A stretch of DNA of 64,000 bases from NCBI GenBank assembly GCA_016209385.1, contig JACQWB010000265.1:13977-77976 (forward strand), written 5' to 3'. The notes below the pieces were generated by a model. The model made no database searches. It had not been told where the DNA came from and was given only the letters and a program-made list of their open reading frames with translations. The stretch is from Candidatus Rokuibacteriota bacterium. Its GTDB lineage: Bacteria > Methylomirabilota > Methylomirabilia > Rokubacteriales > CSP1-6. Positions 8,881 through 17,508 of this stretch are shown here, piece by piece. The position numbers were made by a program, and so were the translations under genes. How positions within the stretch are numbered: position 1 is the first letter of the stretch; each line of letters begins with the position of its first letter.

Positions 8881-11019
8881 GTGGCTCCCGTGTCGCCCAT
8901 GACCATCCTCACCTTTAACTGGAGCGAGCCGTTCCTCCACCTGCTGGCGAAGACCGGCCACCAGCTCGTCGTCTGCGACTGGATGCGGCCGTGGAATCCC
9001 GCCCACCGGCCGGTCGCGGCAAACATCCGCCGAGTCTCGTCGGAAGCCGACGCCCGCCAGCTCCTGGCCGACGGGCGTGTGGACTACGGGCTCGCCCTCA
9101 GGGTAGACGATCTCCTCTGGCTTGGCGAAGAGCGGACCCCGACCTTCTTTGTTGCGCGCCATCCGCTCCGCGACCAGGTGGTCGATGGGACTGCCTGGGC
9201 CGCAGGCCGTATCCGCGACCTGGTGGCGACACGTCTGGGAACGCACGGGCGGTTCGTCACAACATCCCCGCTGGTCCACCAGAGCTGGGGATTGGACGGC
9301 CCGGTGATCCCACCCGGGCTCGACCTTGCGGACTACGGCGGCTACACCGGGCACGTCCCGAGCGTGCTGAGCGTCGGTGACCCGGACGACGAGCGGGACT
9401 CGATGCCCGGCCTCGAGTTCCTCAACTCGGTGCTGTCCAACTTCTACTGGACCGTCATCCGCGTGACCCGGTTCCTCCACCACCGTGATGGAGAAGTCTG
9501 GGAGGACCTCAAGGCCGATTACCGCCGCCACCGGCTCTTTGCGTTCGCGCCCCTCGATCCCGACGCGGACGGCTACGGCCTGCCGCTGCTCGAGGCGATG
9601 GCCACAGGAATGCCCGTGGTCACGACGCCGCACCCCACCTCTCCCGTTCGCGAGGGTATCGACGGGTTCGTGGGTGAGGATCAGGAGAGCTTCGCGCGCT
9701 GGACAACCAGGCTTCTGTCGGATCCCGCCCTCGCGCACCGGCTGGGGGAGCAAGCGCGCCGGCGCGTGGCTGAGCTGTTCCCGCTCCAGGCGTTTTGTGA
9801 GCAGTGGGAGCAGGCTCTCTCGCACTGTGGTGGGGACGCCCGCGTCAAGCGTCTGCACCCCGCGGTAGACGCCTTACCGGATCAAGGCAGGACCCCCGCG
9901 ATGTCCGAGACCCGGAGGCGAGTCGTCCACCTCCGCCGCAGGCCCGAACGCCTGAAGATCCTGGTGAGCGTCGGAAACCATCCGACGCTCCCATCGGCGT
10001 ACTACGCGCGCGCGCTTCGCACGCGTCACGACGTGCTGACCTCCGGCCCGCCCCTCGATGACGAGCGGCTGGCCTCGACCCGGCAGGACCTGGAGCTGCG
10101 CAACCCGTTCAGATCGAAGGAGTCCGTCGGCGAAGCGATGGAGCTCCTCCGGCGTCTCAGACGCGCGCCCGACATCCCCATCCTGGAAAAGCACCCCCCG
10201 ATCACGGATCTCCTCGACCGGCTCCCCCGGAACTGGCGGCCGGACCTCTTCATCTGGTTCGACGACGACGTCCGCGACTTCATGCCGCAGGGGGTGGAAC
10301 GCCTCGACTGCCCCACCGCCTGCGTCATCAGCGATTTCCACATCGAGGGCCGCTTCAGGCTCGACCGCGCGCGCGCGTTCGATCACGTGTTCGTCATGTA
10401 CGACCGTCGGCACGTCCGCTACTTCGCGGAGGCCGGCTGCCGGAGCGTGCACTGGCTCCCGACCGCGTGCGATCCGGCGATCCACCGCGGCTTCGACGTC
10501 GAGAAGGCCTTCGATATCGTCTTCATCGGCCAGACCCGGCCCTCGAACAACCCCGACCGCTTCCGCCTACTGACCCGGCTCATGCGCGGTGGGTTCGACG
10601 TATTCGTGACAACCAAGTACCTGGAGGACGCGACGCTCGCCTTCTCCCGCGCGCGGATCGTCTTCAACTGCAGCCTGGTCGGCGGGCTGATCCAGCGGGT
10701 GTTCGAAGCCTGCGCCTCCGGGAGCCTCCTGCTTACCAATCGACTGGCGCCGGAAACCGGGCTCGACGAGCTGCTGCAGGACCGCGTCCACCTGGTCTGC
10801 TACGACGACCACAACTTAGACGCGCTCGCGCAGTACTACCTCGAGCATCCCGACGAGCGCGAGGCAATCGCCCGCGAAGGTCAGCGCGAGGTCCTGGCGC
10901 GCCACACGTACGCCCACCGCGTCGAGAGCCTCTTGACGGCGGTCTTCCGCCCGGCGGCGACCGTCTTACCCCCGGTGCCGACCCGTGGCGCTGTGCTCGT
11001 CCCCGTGAACGCCCCCTGA
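8881..11019 (+). CDS. CgeB-like (DUF3880 + group-1 GT-B) glycosyltransferase, 712 aa
   Basis: C-terminal 350 aa is collinear with aa 320-660 of the megaprotein (NWRPDLFIWFDDDVRDF...CPTACVISDFH...AGCRSVHWLPTACDP...RARIVFNCSLVGGLIQRVFEACASGSLLLTN...LDALAQYYLEHPDEREAIAREGQREV). The N-terminal half contains a GT-B-like E-A-M-A motif (LPLLEAMATGMPVVTTP). GTG start at 8881; an alternative ATG lies at 8899. Confidence 0.7.
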   Translation: MAPVSPMTILTFNWSEPFLHLLAKTGHQLVVCDWMRPWNPAHRPVAANIRRVSSEADARQLLADGRVDYGLALRVDDLLWLGEERTPTFFVARHPLRDQVVDGTAWAAGRIRDLVATRLGTHGRFVTTSPLVHQSWGLDGPVIPPGLDLADYGGYTGHVPSVLSVGDPDDERDSMPGLEFLNSVLSNFYWTVIRVTRFLHHRDGEVWEDLKADYRRHRLFAFAPLDPDADGYGLPLLEAMATGMPVVTTPHPTSPVREGIDGFVGEDQESFARWTTRLLSDPALAHRLGEQARRRVAELFPLQAFCEQWEQALSHCGGDARVKRLHPAVDALPDQGRTPAMSETRRRVVHLRRRPERLKILVSVGNHPTLPSAYYARALRTRHDVLTSGPPLDDERLASTRQDLELRNPFRSKESVGEAMELLRRLRRAPDIPILEKHPPITDLLDRLPRNWRPDLFIWFDDDVRDFMPQGVERLDCPTACVISDFHIEGRFRLDRARAFDHVFVMYDRRHVRYFAEAGCRSVHWLPTACDPAIHRGFDVEKAFDIVFIGQTRPSNNPDRFRLLTRLMRGGFDVFVTTKYLEDATLAFSRARIVFNCSLVGGLIQRVFEACASGSLLLTNRLAPETGLDELLQDRVHLVCYDDHNLDALAQYYLEHPDEREAIAREGQREVLARHTYAHRVESLLTAVFRPAATVLPPVPTRGAVLVPVNAP

Positions 11020-11046
11020 CCGCAAGGGCCGCGGAGAGTCACTGCC

Positions 11047-12372
11047 ATGAGCCCCCCTGTCGATGTGGTCATAATCACCTTCAACAGGATCGACCTCACC
11101 AAGCGCACGATCGAGTGCTACCGGGGCCACGTGCGCCACCCGTACCGGCTCATCTGCGTGGACAACGGCTCCACGGACGGCACGCCCGATTACTTGCGAT
11201 CGGTCGCGGACTTCGTGATCGCCAACTCAGCCAACACGGGGCCCAGCCGGGCACGAAACCTGGGCTACGCGGTCACTACCTCGGAATACGTCCTCTTCAG
11301 CGACAACGACATCGAGTTCGAGGCCGACGTGATCACGCGTCTCGTGACGGCCATGGAGCACGAACCGCGCCTTGGCCTCGTGGCACCTCTGCTGCAGCAC
11401 TATCTCGAAGAGACGGGCAACTTCCCTACGGGAGCCAGCCTCGCCGAGATGACGGCCGTGGCGGCCGCCCGGGCCCCCGCCTCGCTTCAGGACATTCCCC
11501 TCCTGATGTCCACGGTCGTCCTCGCGCGCCGGTCGATGATCGAAGAAATCGGCCCGTGGGACACCGGCTACGGCCTGTACGGCCACGAAGACTCCGACTA
11601 CACGCTGCGGGCGCGCGCGCGAGGTTGGCGCGCCGCCATGGCCCCGGACTGCTATGTCCATCATTCGGGCGCAGGGATCCCCGCCTTGCCGAACCGAGAG
11701 GCCATCGCGGAGCAAAGCCGCCAGGTCCTGCTCCGGCGCTGGGGAATAAAGGGCGCCAACGTGACTGGCATCGTGGACCCGTCCTCTTTCCCCACGCACA
11801 CGCGGTCCGCGCCGTCCCAACTTCGCGATCATCTGAAACTGATCGAGCGATACGCCGCGACGTGCCGGCTCCCCGCCGACTGGCCGGTCATCACCGAGCG
11901 TTTCCTAGCCGTGATGCCGAAGATCGGTCAGGATGTTCTGGTCGTCGGCTGCGGCAGCGGCGAGGCCGTGAAGCAGCTTCGCCATCGATACCGACGCCAC
12001 GCTATCGGCCTCGTCCCAACGCTCAGGCCCGACGACGTGTACGGAGTGCAACAGGGCCACGGCTACGAGCTGCCGTTCGACGACGGGAGCTTGGACGCCG
12101 TGATCGCGCGGCATAGCCTCGAACACAGCCCGATGCCGCTCGTGGATCTCCTGGAGACCCGGCGCGTGCTGAGGCAGAACGGGCTGGCGATTCTGTCGCT
12201 GCCAGCTCCCTCCGACGGCACCCAGCCGTCCCTCCTTCCCCTGGCACTCACCGAGGCTGAGTGGCGACGCTTGTTTGCAATCGCCGGGCTGGCCCTGCTG
12301 CACGCAGACACCGAGCGCGGAGGCGAAGGCCCCGTGCACCGGTACATTCTGCAAAAGGCCGGCGATCCGTAG
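11047..12372 (+). CDS. Bifunctional GT2 glycosyltransferase / class I SAM methyltransferase
   Basis: N-terminal VDVVIITFNRIDLTKRTIECY...CVDNGSTDGT (GT2). C-terminal VLVVGCGSGEAVKQL...LPFDDGSLDAVIARHSLEH (type-11 methyltransferase). Confidence 0.75.
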   Translation: MSPPVDVVIITFNRIDLTKRTIECYRGHVRHPYRLICVDNGSTDGTPDYLRSVADFVIANSANTGPSRARNLGYAVTTSEYVLFSDNDIEFEADVITRLVTAMEHEPRLGLVAPLLQHYLEETGNFPTGASLAEMTAVAAARAPASLQDIPLLMSTVVLARRSMIEEIGPWDTGYGLYGHEDSDYTLRARARGWRAAMAPDCYVHHSGAGIPALPNREAIAEQSRQVLLRRWGIKGANVTGIVDPSSFPTHTRSAPSQLRDHLKLIERYAATCRLPADWPVITERFLAVMPKIGQDVLVVGCGSGEAVKQLRHRYRRHAIGLVPTLRPDDVYGVQQGHGYELPFDDGSLDAVIARHSLEHSPMPLVDLLETRRVLRQNGLAILSLPAPSDGTQPSLLPLALTEAEWRRLFAIAGLALLHADTERGGEGPVHRYILQKAGDP

Positions 12373-12388
12373 GCGGAGGAGCCTGCCC

Positions 12389-13237
12389 ATGCGGCCCGGA
12401 CCCCAAACGACCCTCGCCCCGGAGACGCGGACCGACCCCGCTCCCGCCCTCTCCGCCCGCGCGATCCGCCGGATCGTGCTGGAGCAGGCGAAGCGCGCTA
12501 ACGTGGGACACATCGGCTCTGCGCTTTGTGTCGCCGACATCCTGGCCGCGCTGTACGGAAGCATCCTTCGGATGGCCCACCCGGCCGATCCCAAGCGGGA
12601 CTGCTTCATCCTCTCGAAAGGCCACGCCGCCCTCGCCCTCTACGCGGCCCTCTTCCTGAAAGGGTGGCTCAGCCGCGAGGCGCTCGACACCTATTGCGCG
12701 GACGCGAGCCTCCTGGGGGTACACCCTGACCACGCGCTGCCGGGCGTCGATTTCTCGACGGGCTCGCTCGGTCACGGGCTTCCGATGGGCGCAGGAGTAG
12801 CGCTGGGGGCGCGCCTCCAGCGCTCATCCCGGCGCATCTTCGTCCTGGTAAGCGACGCGGAGTGCAACGAGGGCTCGCTCTGGGAGGCGGTGATGTTCGC
12901 GGCGCACCACCGGCTCGCCAACCTGGTCGCCATCGTGGACCTGAACGGGCAGCAGGCGCTCGGCCGCACCGACGCGATCCTGGCGCTCCCCGGCCTGGAG
13001 GGCCGCTGGCAGGCGTTCGGCTGGGACGCGCACGTCGTCGACGGCCACGACGGGGCCGCAATCGAGCGGACCATCGCCGGGCTCGACACGCGGTCGGGCC
13101 CGCCCCACGTCTTGATCGCGCGCACGGTCTTCGGCAAGGGCGTCTCCTTCATGGAACGGCGCCTCGAGTGGCACTACCTGCCGATGTCGGAGGCGCAGTA
13201 CCGGCAGGCGCTGGCGGAGGTCTGCGGAAACCGATGA
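12389..13237 (+). CDS. Transketolase, N-terminal (ThDP-binding) subunit of a split transketolase
   Basis: GHIGSALCVADILAALYG...LSKGHAALALYAALFLKG...GSLGHGLPMGAGVAL...LVSDAECNEGSLWEA, which is the transketolase pyrophosphate-binding domain. GGAGGA SD lies 9 nt upstream of the ATG. The track ORF 12275..13237 is extended 5'. Confidence 0.8.
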   Translation: MRPGPQTTLAPETRTDPAPALSARAIRRIVLEQAKRANVGHIGSALCVADILAALYGSILRMAHPADPKRDCFILSKGHAALALYAALFLKGWLSREALDTYCADASLLGVHPDHALPGVDFSTGSLGHGLPMGAGVALGARLQRSSRRIFVLVSDAECNEGSLWEAVMFAAHHRLANLVAIVDLNGQQALGRTDAILALPGLEGRWQAFGWDAHVVDGHDGAAIERTIAGLDTRSGPPHVLIARTVFGKGVSFMERRLEWHYLPMSEAQYRQALAEVCGNR

Positions 13238-14163
13238 GGGGCGCGTTCGCGACCGCGCTCATCGAGCTGGCCGCGGCGGATCCGCGGATCCTGCTGCTGA
13301 CCGGCGACCTCGGCTTCATGGTGCTCGAGCCGTTCGCCGAGCGGTTCCCCGAGCGCTTCTTCAACGCGGGCGTCGCCGAACAGAACATGATCGGGCTCGC
13401 CACAGGCCTGGCCAGGAGCGGGTTCATCCCGTTCGTCTATTCGATCGCGACGTTCGCCTCGATGCGCCCGTACGAGTTCATCCGGAACGGGCCGATCCTG
13501 CACCGCCTGCCCGTGCGCATCGTGGGCGTGGGCGCCGGGTTCGAATACGGCCACGCGGGCCCGAGCCACCACGGGCTGGAGGACATCGGCATCATGCGCG
13601 TCCAGCCCGGGCTCACGCTCATCGCTCCGGCGGATCACCGGCAGACGCGCACGGCGCTCCAGAAGACCTGGGACCTGCCGGGCCCGATCTACCTGAGCCT
13701 GGGCAAGGACGACCGGACCATCGTGCCCGGCCTCGACGGTCGCTTCGAGCTGGGCCGGGCCGACCTGGTCCACGACGGCACCGATGTCCTCATGCTCGCC
13801 ACCGGCGCCATCGCGAGCGAGGCCGTCGCCGCCGCGGACGCGCTCGCCCGACACGGGGTCGCGTGCGCCGTGATGGTCGTCGCCAGCCTCAACCCGGCTC
13901 CCACTGACGACCTGCTCGGCGTCCTCGAGCGCTTTTCCGTGGCGCTCACGGTCGAGGCCCACTACGTCGTCGGGGGCCTGGGCTCGCTCGTGTCGGAGAC
14001 GATCGCCGAGCACGGCCTCCGTTGCCGGCTCGTGCGTTGCGGGGCCCGGACGGCCCCGGACGGGCGGTCGGGAAGCAACGCGGCCCTCTCGCGTGCCCAC
14101 GGGCTCTCGCGCGACGCGCTCGTCCGGACCGTGCTCGCCGCGCTGGCCACGGTGACGGTGTAG
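13234..14163 (+). CDS. Transketolase, C-terminal (pyrimidine-binding/C-terminal) subunit
   Basis: MRGAFATALIELAAADPRILLLTGDLGF...FFNAGVAEQNMIGLATGLA...HHGLEDIGIMRVQPGLTLIAPAD. ATGA overlap with the N-terminal subunit. The track ORF 12862..14163 carries a spurious N-terminal extension. Confidence 0.8.
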   Translation: MRGAFATALIELAAADPRILLLTGDLGFMVLEPFAERFPERFFNAGVAEQNMIGLATGLARSGFIPFVYSIATFASMRPYEFIRNGPILHRLPVRIVGVGAGFEYGHAGPSHHGLEDIGIMRVQPGLTLIAPADHRQTRTALQKTWDLPGPIYLSLGKDDRTIVPGLDGRFELGRADLVHDGTDVLMLATGAIASEAVAAADALARHGVACAVMVVASLNPAPTDDLLGVLERFSVALTVEAHYVVGGLGSLVSETIAEHGLRCRLVRCGARTAPDGRSGSNAALSRAHGLSRDALVRTVLAALATVTV

Positions 14164-14165
14164 CG

Positions 14166-15350
14166 ATGGCGCGCCGAGAGGAGGGGCGGTGGGCCCGGCA
14201 CGACGGCGAGTGGCGCGACCCCGCGCAGATCGTCGCCCTCTGGGGCGACGCCGGCGCGCGCGATCCGGGTCTGCTCAGCTACCGGGCCCGGGGAAGCTGG
14301 TGGGAGACGCTCGCGGCGCTGGACGTGACCCTGCTGGTCACGCGGGAGTACGAGCACCTGGTCGTCGCGCTGACCGTCGCCGACGGGGCGCCGCGCGTCT
14401 CCTACCTGCAGGTCCCCCACCCCTCGGGCCTCGCCGTGGACCCGGCCAGCGGCTCGGTCTACCTCGCGAGCACGCGTAACCCGAACGTCGTGTACGAGCT
14501 GGCGCCCGCCGCCGGCCGGCTCGCGCGTCTGGATGTCCGGGCCGACCCGCCGCCCGGCTGCCCGCTCGTTCCGGTCCGGGCGCGCTTCCTGCCCGGCTGC
14601 CTCTACCTCCACGACCTGGCGATGATCGACGGCGCGCTTCACGCGACAGCGGTCGGCCAGAACGCCGTCATCCGCCTGCACGACGACGGCCGGTACGCGC
14701 GCATGTGGTGGCCCCGCTGCATCGAAGCGGCGTCCGGGCCGGTCTTCGGCGGCAACCACCTCCAGCTCAACTCGATCGCCGCGGGCCCGGACCTCGCAAG
14801 CTCGTACTTCTCCGCCTCGGCGGACCGACTCTCCGAGCGCCGGCCGGGTCACAGGAACTTTCCGGTGGACGGGCGAGGCGTCATCTTTTCCGGCGCCACG
14901 CGCGAAGTCGTGGCGCGGGGGCTGACACGGCCCCACTCGGCGCGCCTGGCGAACGGCCGCCTCTGGGTTAACAACAGCGGCTACGGAGAGCTGGGGACGA
15001 TCGAGGACGGCCGCTTCGTCCCGATCCTCAGGCTCCCGGGATGGACGCGCGGGCTCGCGTTTTCGGGATCCGTCGCGTTCGTCGGCACGTCGCGGGTGCT
15101 CCCGCGCTTCCGGCGCTACGCGCCCGGTCTGGACCTGGAGACGAGCCTCTGCGGCGTCCACGCGGTGGACACGGCGTCGGGGCGCGTCCTGGGGAGCCTC
15201 TTCTGGCCGGCGGGGAACCAGATCTTCGCGATCGACTGCGCGCCGACCAAGCTGACCTCCGGTTTCCCGTTCCGGGGCGGACGGCCGCGCTCGCGCCGTC
15301 AGGAACGAGCGCTCTTTTACGCCTTCGCGACCCGCTTCGAGGAGGGTTGA
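14166..15350 (+). CDS. Conserved hypothetical protein (resembles the TIGR03032/DUF4915 uncharacterised family; assigned from memory)
   Basis: The ATG follows the transketolase stop directly. Conserved-looking blocks YLHDLAMIDGALHATAVGQNAVIRL, GGNHLQLNSIAAG, LWVNNSGYGELG. No catalytic motif recognised. The family name is recalled from memory, not searched. Confidence 0.55.
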   Translation: MARREEGRWARHDGEWRDPAQIVALWGDAGARDPGLLSYRARGSWWETLAALDVTLLVTREYEHLVVALTVADGAPRVSYLQVPHPSGLAVDPASGSVYLASTRNPNVVYELAPAAGRLARLDVRADPPPGCPLVPVRARFLPGCLYLHDLAMIDGALHATAVGQNAVIRLHDDGRYARMWWPRCIEAASGPVFGGNHLQLNSIAAGPDLASSYFSASADRLSERRPGHRNFPVDGRGVIFSGATREVVARGLTRPHSARLANGRLWVNNSGYGELGTIEDGRFVPILRLPGWTRGLAFSGSVAFVGTSRVLPRFRRYAPGLDLETSLCGVHAVDTASGRVLGSLFWPAGNQIFAIDCAPTKLTSGFPFRGGRPRSRRQERALFYAFATRFEEG

Positions 15351-15354
15351 CCCG

Positions 15355-16278
15355 GTGACGTCCGACTTCCGGCTCCTCATGATCAGCGCGATGTACGAGA
15401 ACGGGGGCAACGCAACCCACCGGTTCCTCGACGGCCATCCGCAGCTCTTCGTCTATCCGTTCGAATCGCAGCTTGGCACCCGGCTCGTCGGTGACCACCT
15501 GGCTTCCCTCTTCCCCGTGAAGTACCGCTGGCCCGTCTTCGCCCTCCACGCGACGCCCCGCGAGGACTACGAGACCATTATCGATGAGGAGTGCCGCGTC
15601 CGGGCCCGCACCCCCCACGTGAGCAAGTTCCGCCACGTGGCGTTCGACTTCTCCGACGAAGATCGGCGGGCGATCTACGAGCGGTACGTGGGCGAGACCG
15701 GACGGTCGCGCGCCGCCAACGTGGCCGCGTTTTTCCGGGCCACCTTCCACGCGTGGCGGAACCACGCCCGGACCGGCGCGGAGGTGGCGTACGTCGGGTA
15801 CAGCCCCATCGTCGTCGTGGACGCCGACAGGATCCTGGCCGATTTTCCGCAGGCCCACGTGCTTCACGTCGTGCGCAATCCGTGGTCCGCCTACGCCGAC
15901 ACGAAGCGGCGCCCGGTCCCCCTCCCCCTGCCCCAGTACATGCTCGCCTGGACGGTGAGCCAGTACCATGCGCTGATCTTCAGCGAGCGCTTCCCCGGGC
16001 AGGTCCACATCGTCCGGGCCGAAGACATCATGGCCGGCCCCCTCGCCACCCTGGGCACGCTCTGCGACCGCCTGGGGCTCGAGCGCGCAGAGGCCCTCAG
16101 ACGGCCGAGCTGGAACAGCCAACCACTCGAGGAGGTCTACCCGTGGGGGACCCTCCGCGCGGTCACGCCCGAGGCCAACCTGGCCACCGCCCGGGAGCTT
16201 TCGGAGGAGGAGCGCGCGGATATCCGGTCCTTCGCCTGGCAGTACCTCGACGCCTTCGACTACAAGCGGTTCCTCTAG
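15355..16278 (+). CDS. Sulfotransferase-family protein
   Basis: LLMISAMYENGGNATHRFL resembles a 5'-PSB-like loop, and HVLHVVRNPWSAYAD resembles the 3'-PB RNPxD motif. GTG start with a GAGGAGGG SD upstream; an alternative ATG lies at 15379. Confidence 0.65.
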   Translation: MTSDFRLLMISAMYENGGNATHRFLDGHPQLFVYPFESQLGTRLVGDHLASLFPVKYRWPVFALHATPREDYETIIDEECRVRARTPHVSKFRHVAFDFSDEDRRAIYERYVGETGRSRAANVAAFFRATFHAWRNHARTGAEVAYVGYSPIVVVDADRILADFPQAHVLHVVRNPWSAYADTKRRPVPLPLPQYMLAWTVSQYHALIFSERFPGQVHIVRAEDIMAGPLATLGTLCDRLGLERAEALRRPSWNSQPLEEVYPWGTLRAVTPEANLATARELSEEERADIRSFAWQYLDAFDYKRFL

Positions 16279-16344
16279 CAGGGTACTGAAAAACTCGACT
16301 CGAATGCGCCAATCATCCACCCGCACACGGCCGAAGCGCTCCGA

Positions 16345-16363
16345 GCGCGGGCTAGGCCCGCGC
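16345..16363 (+). terminator. Perfect 8-bp GC stem with a 3-nt loop in the sulfotransferase-epimerase intergenic region
   Basis: GCGCGGGC-tag-GCCCGCGC. A second imperfect hairpin GGAAGGGGG-acgaa-GCCCCCCTCC lies at about 16383..16407, just before the epimerase SD. Confidence 0.3.
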
Positions 16364-16417
16364 AACCTCTGGGGGAGGTTCGGAAGGGGGACGAAGCCCC
16401 CCTCCGAGGATGTCTAG

Positions 16418-17455
16418 ATGGCGAAGCGCGTCCTGATCACCGGGGCGGCCGGGTTTGTCGGCGCAAACCTGAGCCGGCGACTCCTCCGCGACGGGCACGA
16501 CCTCCACCTCCTGGTCAGCCGTCGCACCCCGGCTTGGCGGATCGACCCGATCCGGAGCGAGGTCCGGGTGTACGACGTGGATCTCAGGGACGGTGAGACC
16601 GTTGCGCGCGTGGTCCGCGCCATCCGGCCCGAGTGGGTCTTCCACCTGGCCGCCTACGGCGCCTATCCCTCGCAGACGGCCCTTCACCGGATGGTCCAGA
16701 CTAATATCGTCGGCACGATTAACCTGGTGGAGGCGTACCTCAGGACCGGGTGGGAGGCATTCGTCAACACCGGCTCGTCGTCTGAGTACGGCTTCAAGGA
16801 CCACGCGGCGTCAGAGCGGGAGCTGCTCGAGCCGAACAGCCACTACGCGGTGACCAAGGCCTCCGCGACACTCTTCTGCCGCTATACAGCTCGTAGTCGC
16901 GGCGTCCACCTGCCGACACTCCGCCTCTACTCGGTCTACGGGCCGTTTGAAGAGCCGGGGCGGCTCATACCGACGCTGGCCCTTGACGGGCTGGAGGGAA
17001 AGCTGCCGCCGCTGGTGAGCCCCGATGTCGCCCGCGACTATGTCTGCGTCGAAGACGTCACGGACGCCTACCTCCTGGCCGCTGCACGGACCGCCCAGGA
17101 ACCTGGCGCCATCTACAACGTGGGAACCGGCGTTCAGACTCCCCTGCGGGAGGTCGTTGCGCTTGCGCGCCGGGTCCTGGGGATCCCGGTCGAGCCCGCG
17201 TGGGGGTCGATGCCGCCCCGGCAGTGGGACACCCCGGTCTGGGTCTCGGACGCCCGAAGGATCCGGGATGACCTGGGCTGGCGCCCCCGCTACACGCTCG
17301 AGGCCGGCTTCCGCCTCACGGTGAAGTGGTTCCAGGATAACCGCCACCTGCACCGCCTCTACCGGGCGGGCCAGTGCCGCTCGGCCGAAGCCTCACATGG
17401 CCGCGGGGAAGTCTGGGTCAGCTTTTCAGGCCGGGCTGCCGAACACTTCCCCTAG
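16418..17455 (+). CDS. NAD-dependent NDP-sugar epimerase/dehydratase (extended SDR). The C-terminal ~20 aa are encoded by repeat copy A and may be read-through.
   Basis: MAKRVLITGAAGFVGANLSRRL is a Rossmann GxxGxxG motif. YxxxK active site (YAVTKAS). SD 9 nt upstream. Confidence 0.8.
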   Translation: MAKRVLITGAAGFVGANLSRRLLRDGHDLHLLVSRRTPAWRIDPIRSEVRVYDVDLRDGETVARVVRAIRPEWVFHLAAYGAYPSQTALHRMVQTNIVGTINLVEAYLRTGWEAFVNTGSSSEYGFKDHAASERELLEPNSHYAVTKASATLFCRYTARSRGVHLPTLRLYSVYGPFEEPGRLIPTLALDGLEGKLPPLVSPDVARDYVCVEDVTDAYLLAAARTAQEPGAIYNVGTGVQTPLREVVALARRVLGIPVEPAWGSMPPRQWDTPVWVSDARRIRDDLGWRPRYTLEAGFRLTVKWFQDNRHLHRLYRAGQCRSAEASHGRGEVWVSFSGRAAEHFP

Positions 17456-17482
17456 CGAACGCCGGGGCCTCCGGCGAAGGGA
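17415..17482. repeat. Direct repeat copy A (~68 bp). It is about 80% identical to copy B at 18021..18088 and contains TCAGCTTT-N12-GCCGAACA.
   Basis: gggtcagcttttcaggccgggctgccgaacacttcccctagcgaacgccggggcctccggcgaaggga, compared with copy B gggtcagctttccagctctgcctgccgaacactccccatgcgaacgcgcgtggcctccgccgaagggg. Confidence 0.7.
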
Positions 17483-17508
17483 CCGGGCGCAATCTTCTCC
17501 GCAGTCGG

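Noticed and set aside
7984-9858. 624-aa minus-strand ORF overlapping the acetyltransferase and CgeB-like genes
   Set aside because: Arg/Pro/Gly-rich low-complexity translation with no domain signature. It lies antisense to two well-supported genes, a typical artefact of high GC.
15355-16278. Sulfotransferase as part of the lasso cluster (sulfotransferases co-occur with kinase-type lasso clusters)
   Set aside because: It is 17 kb away, on the opposite strand, within the plus-strand glycan island. It is more plausibly a glycan sulfotransferase.
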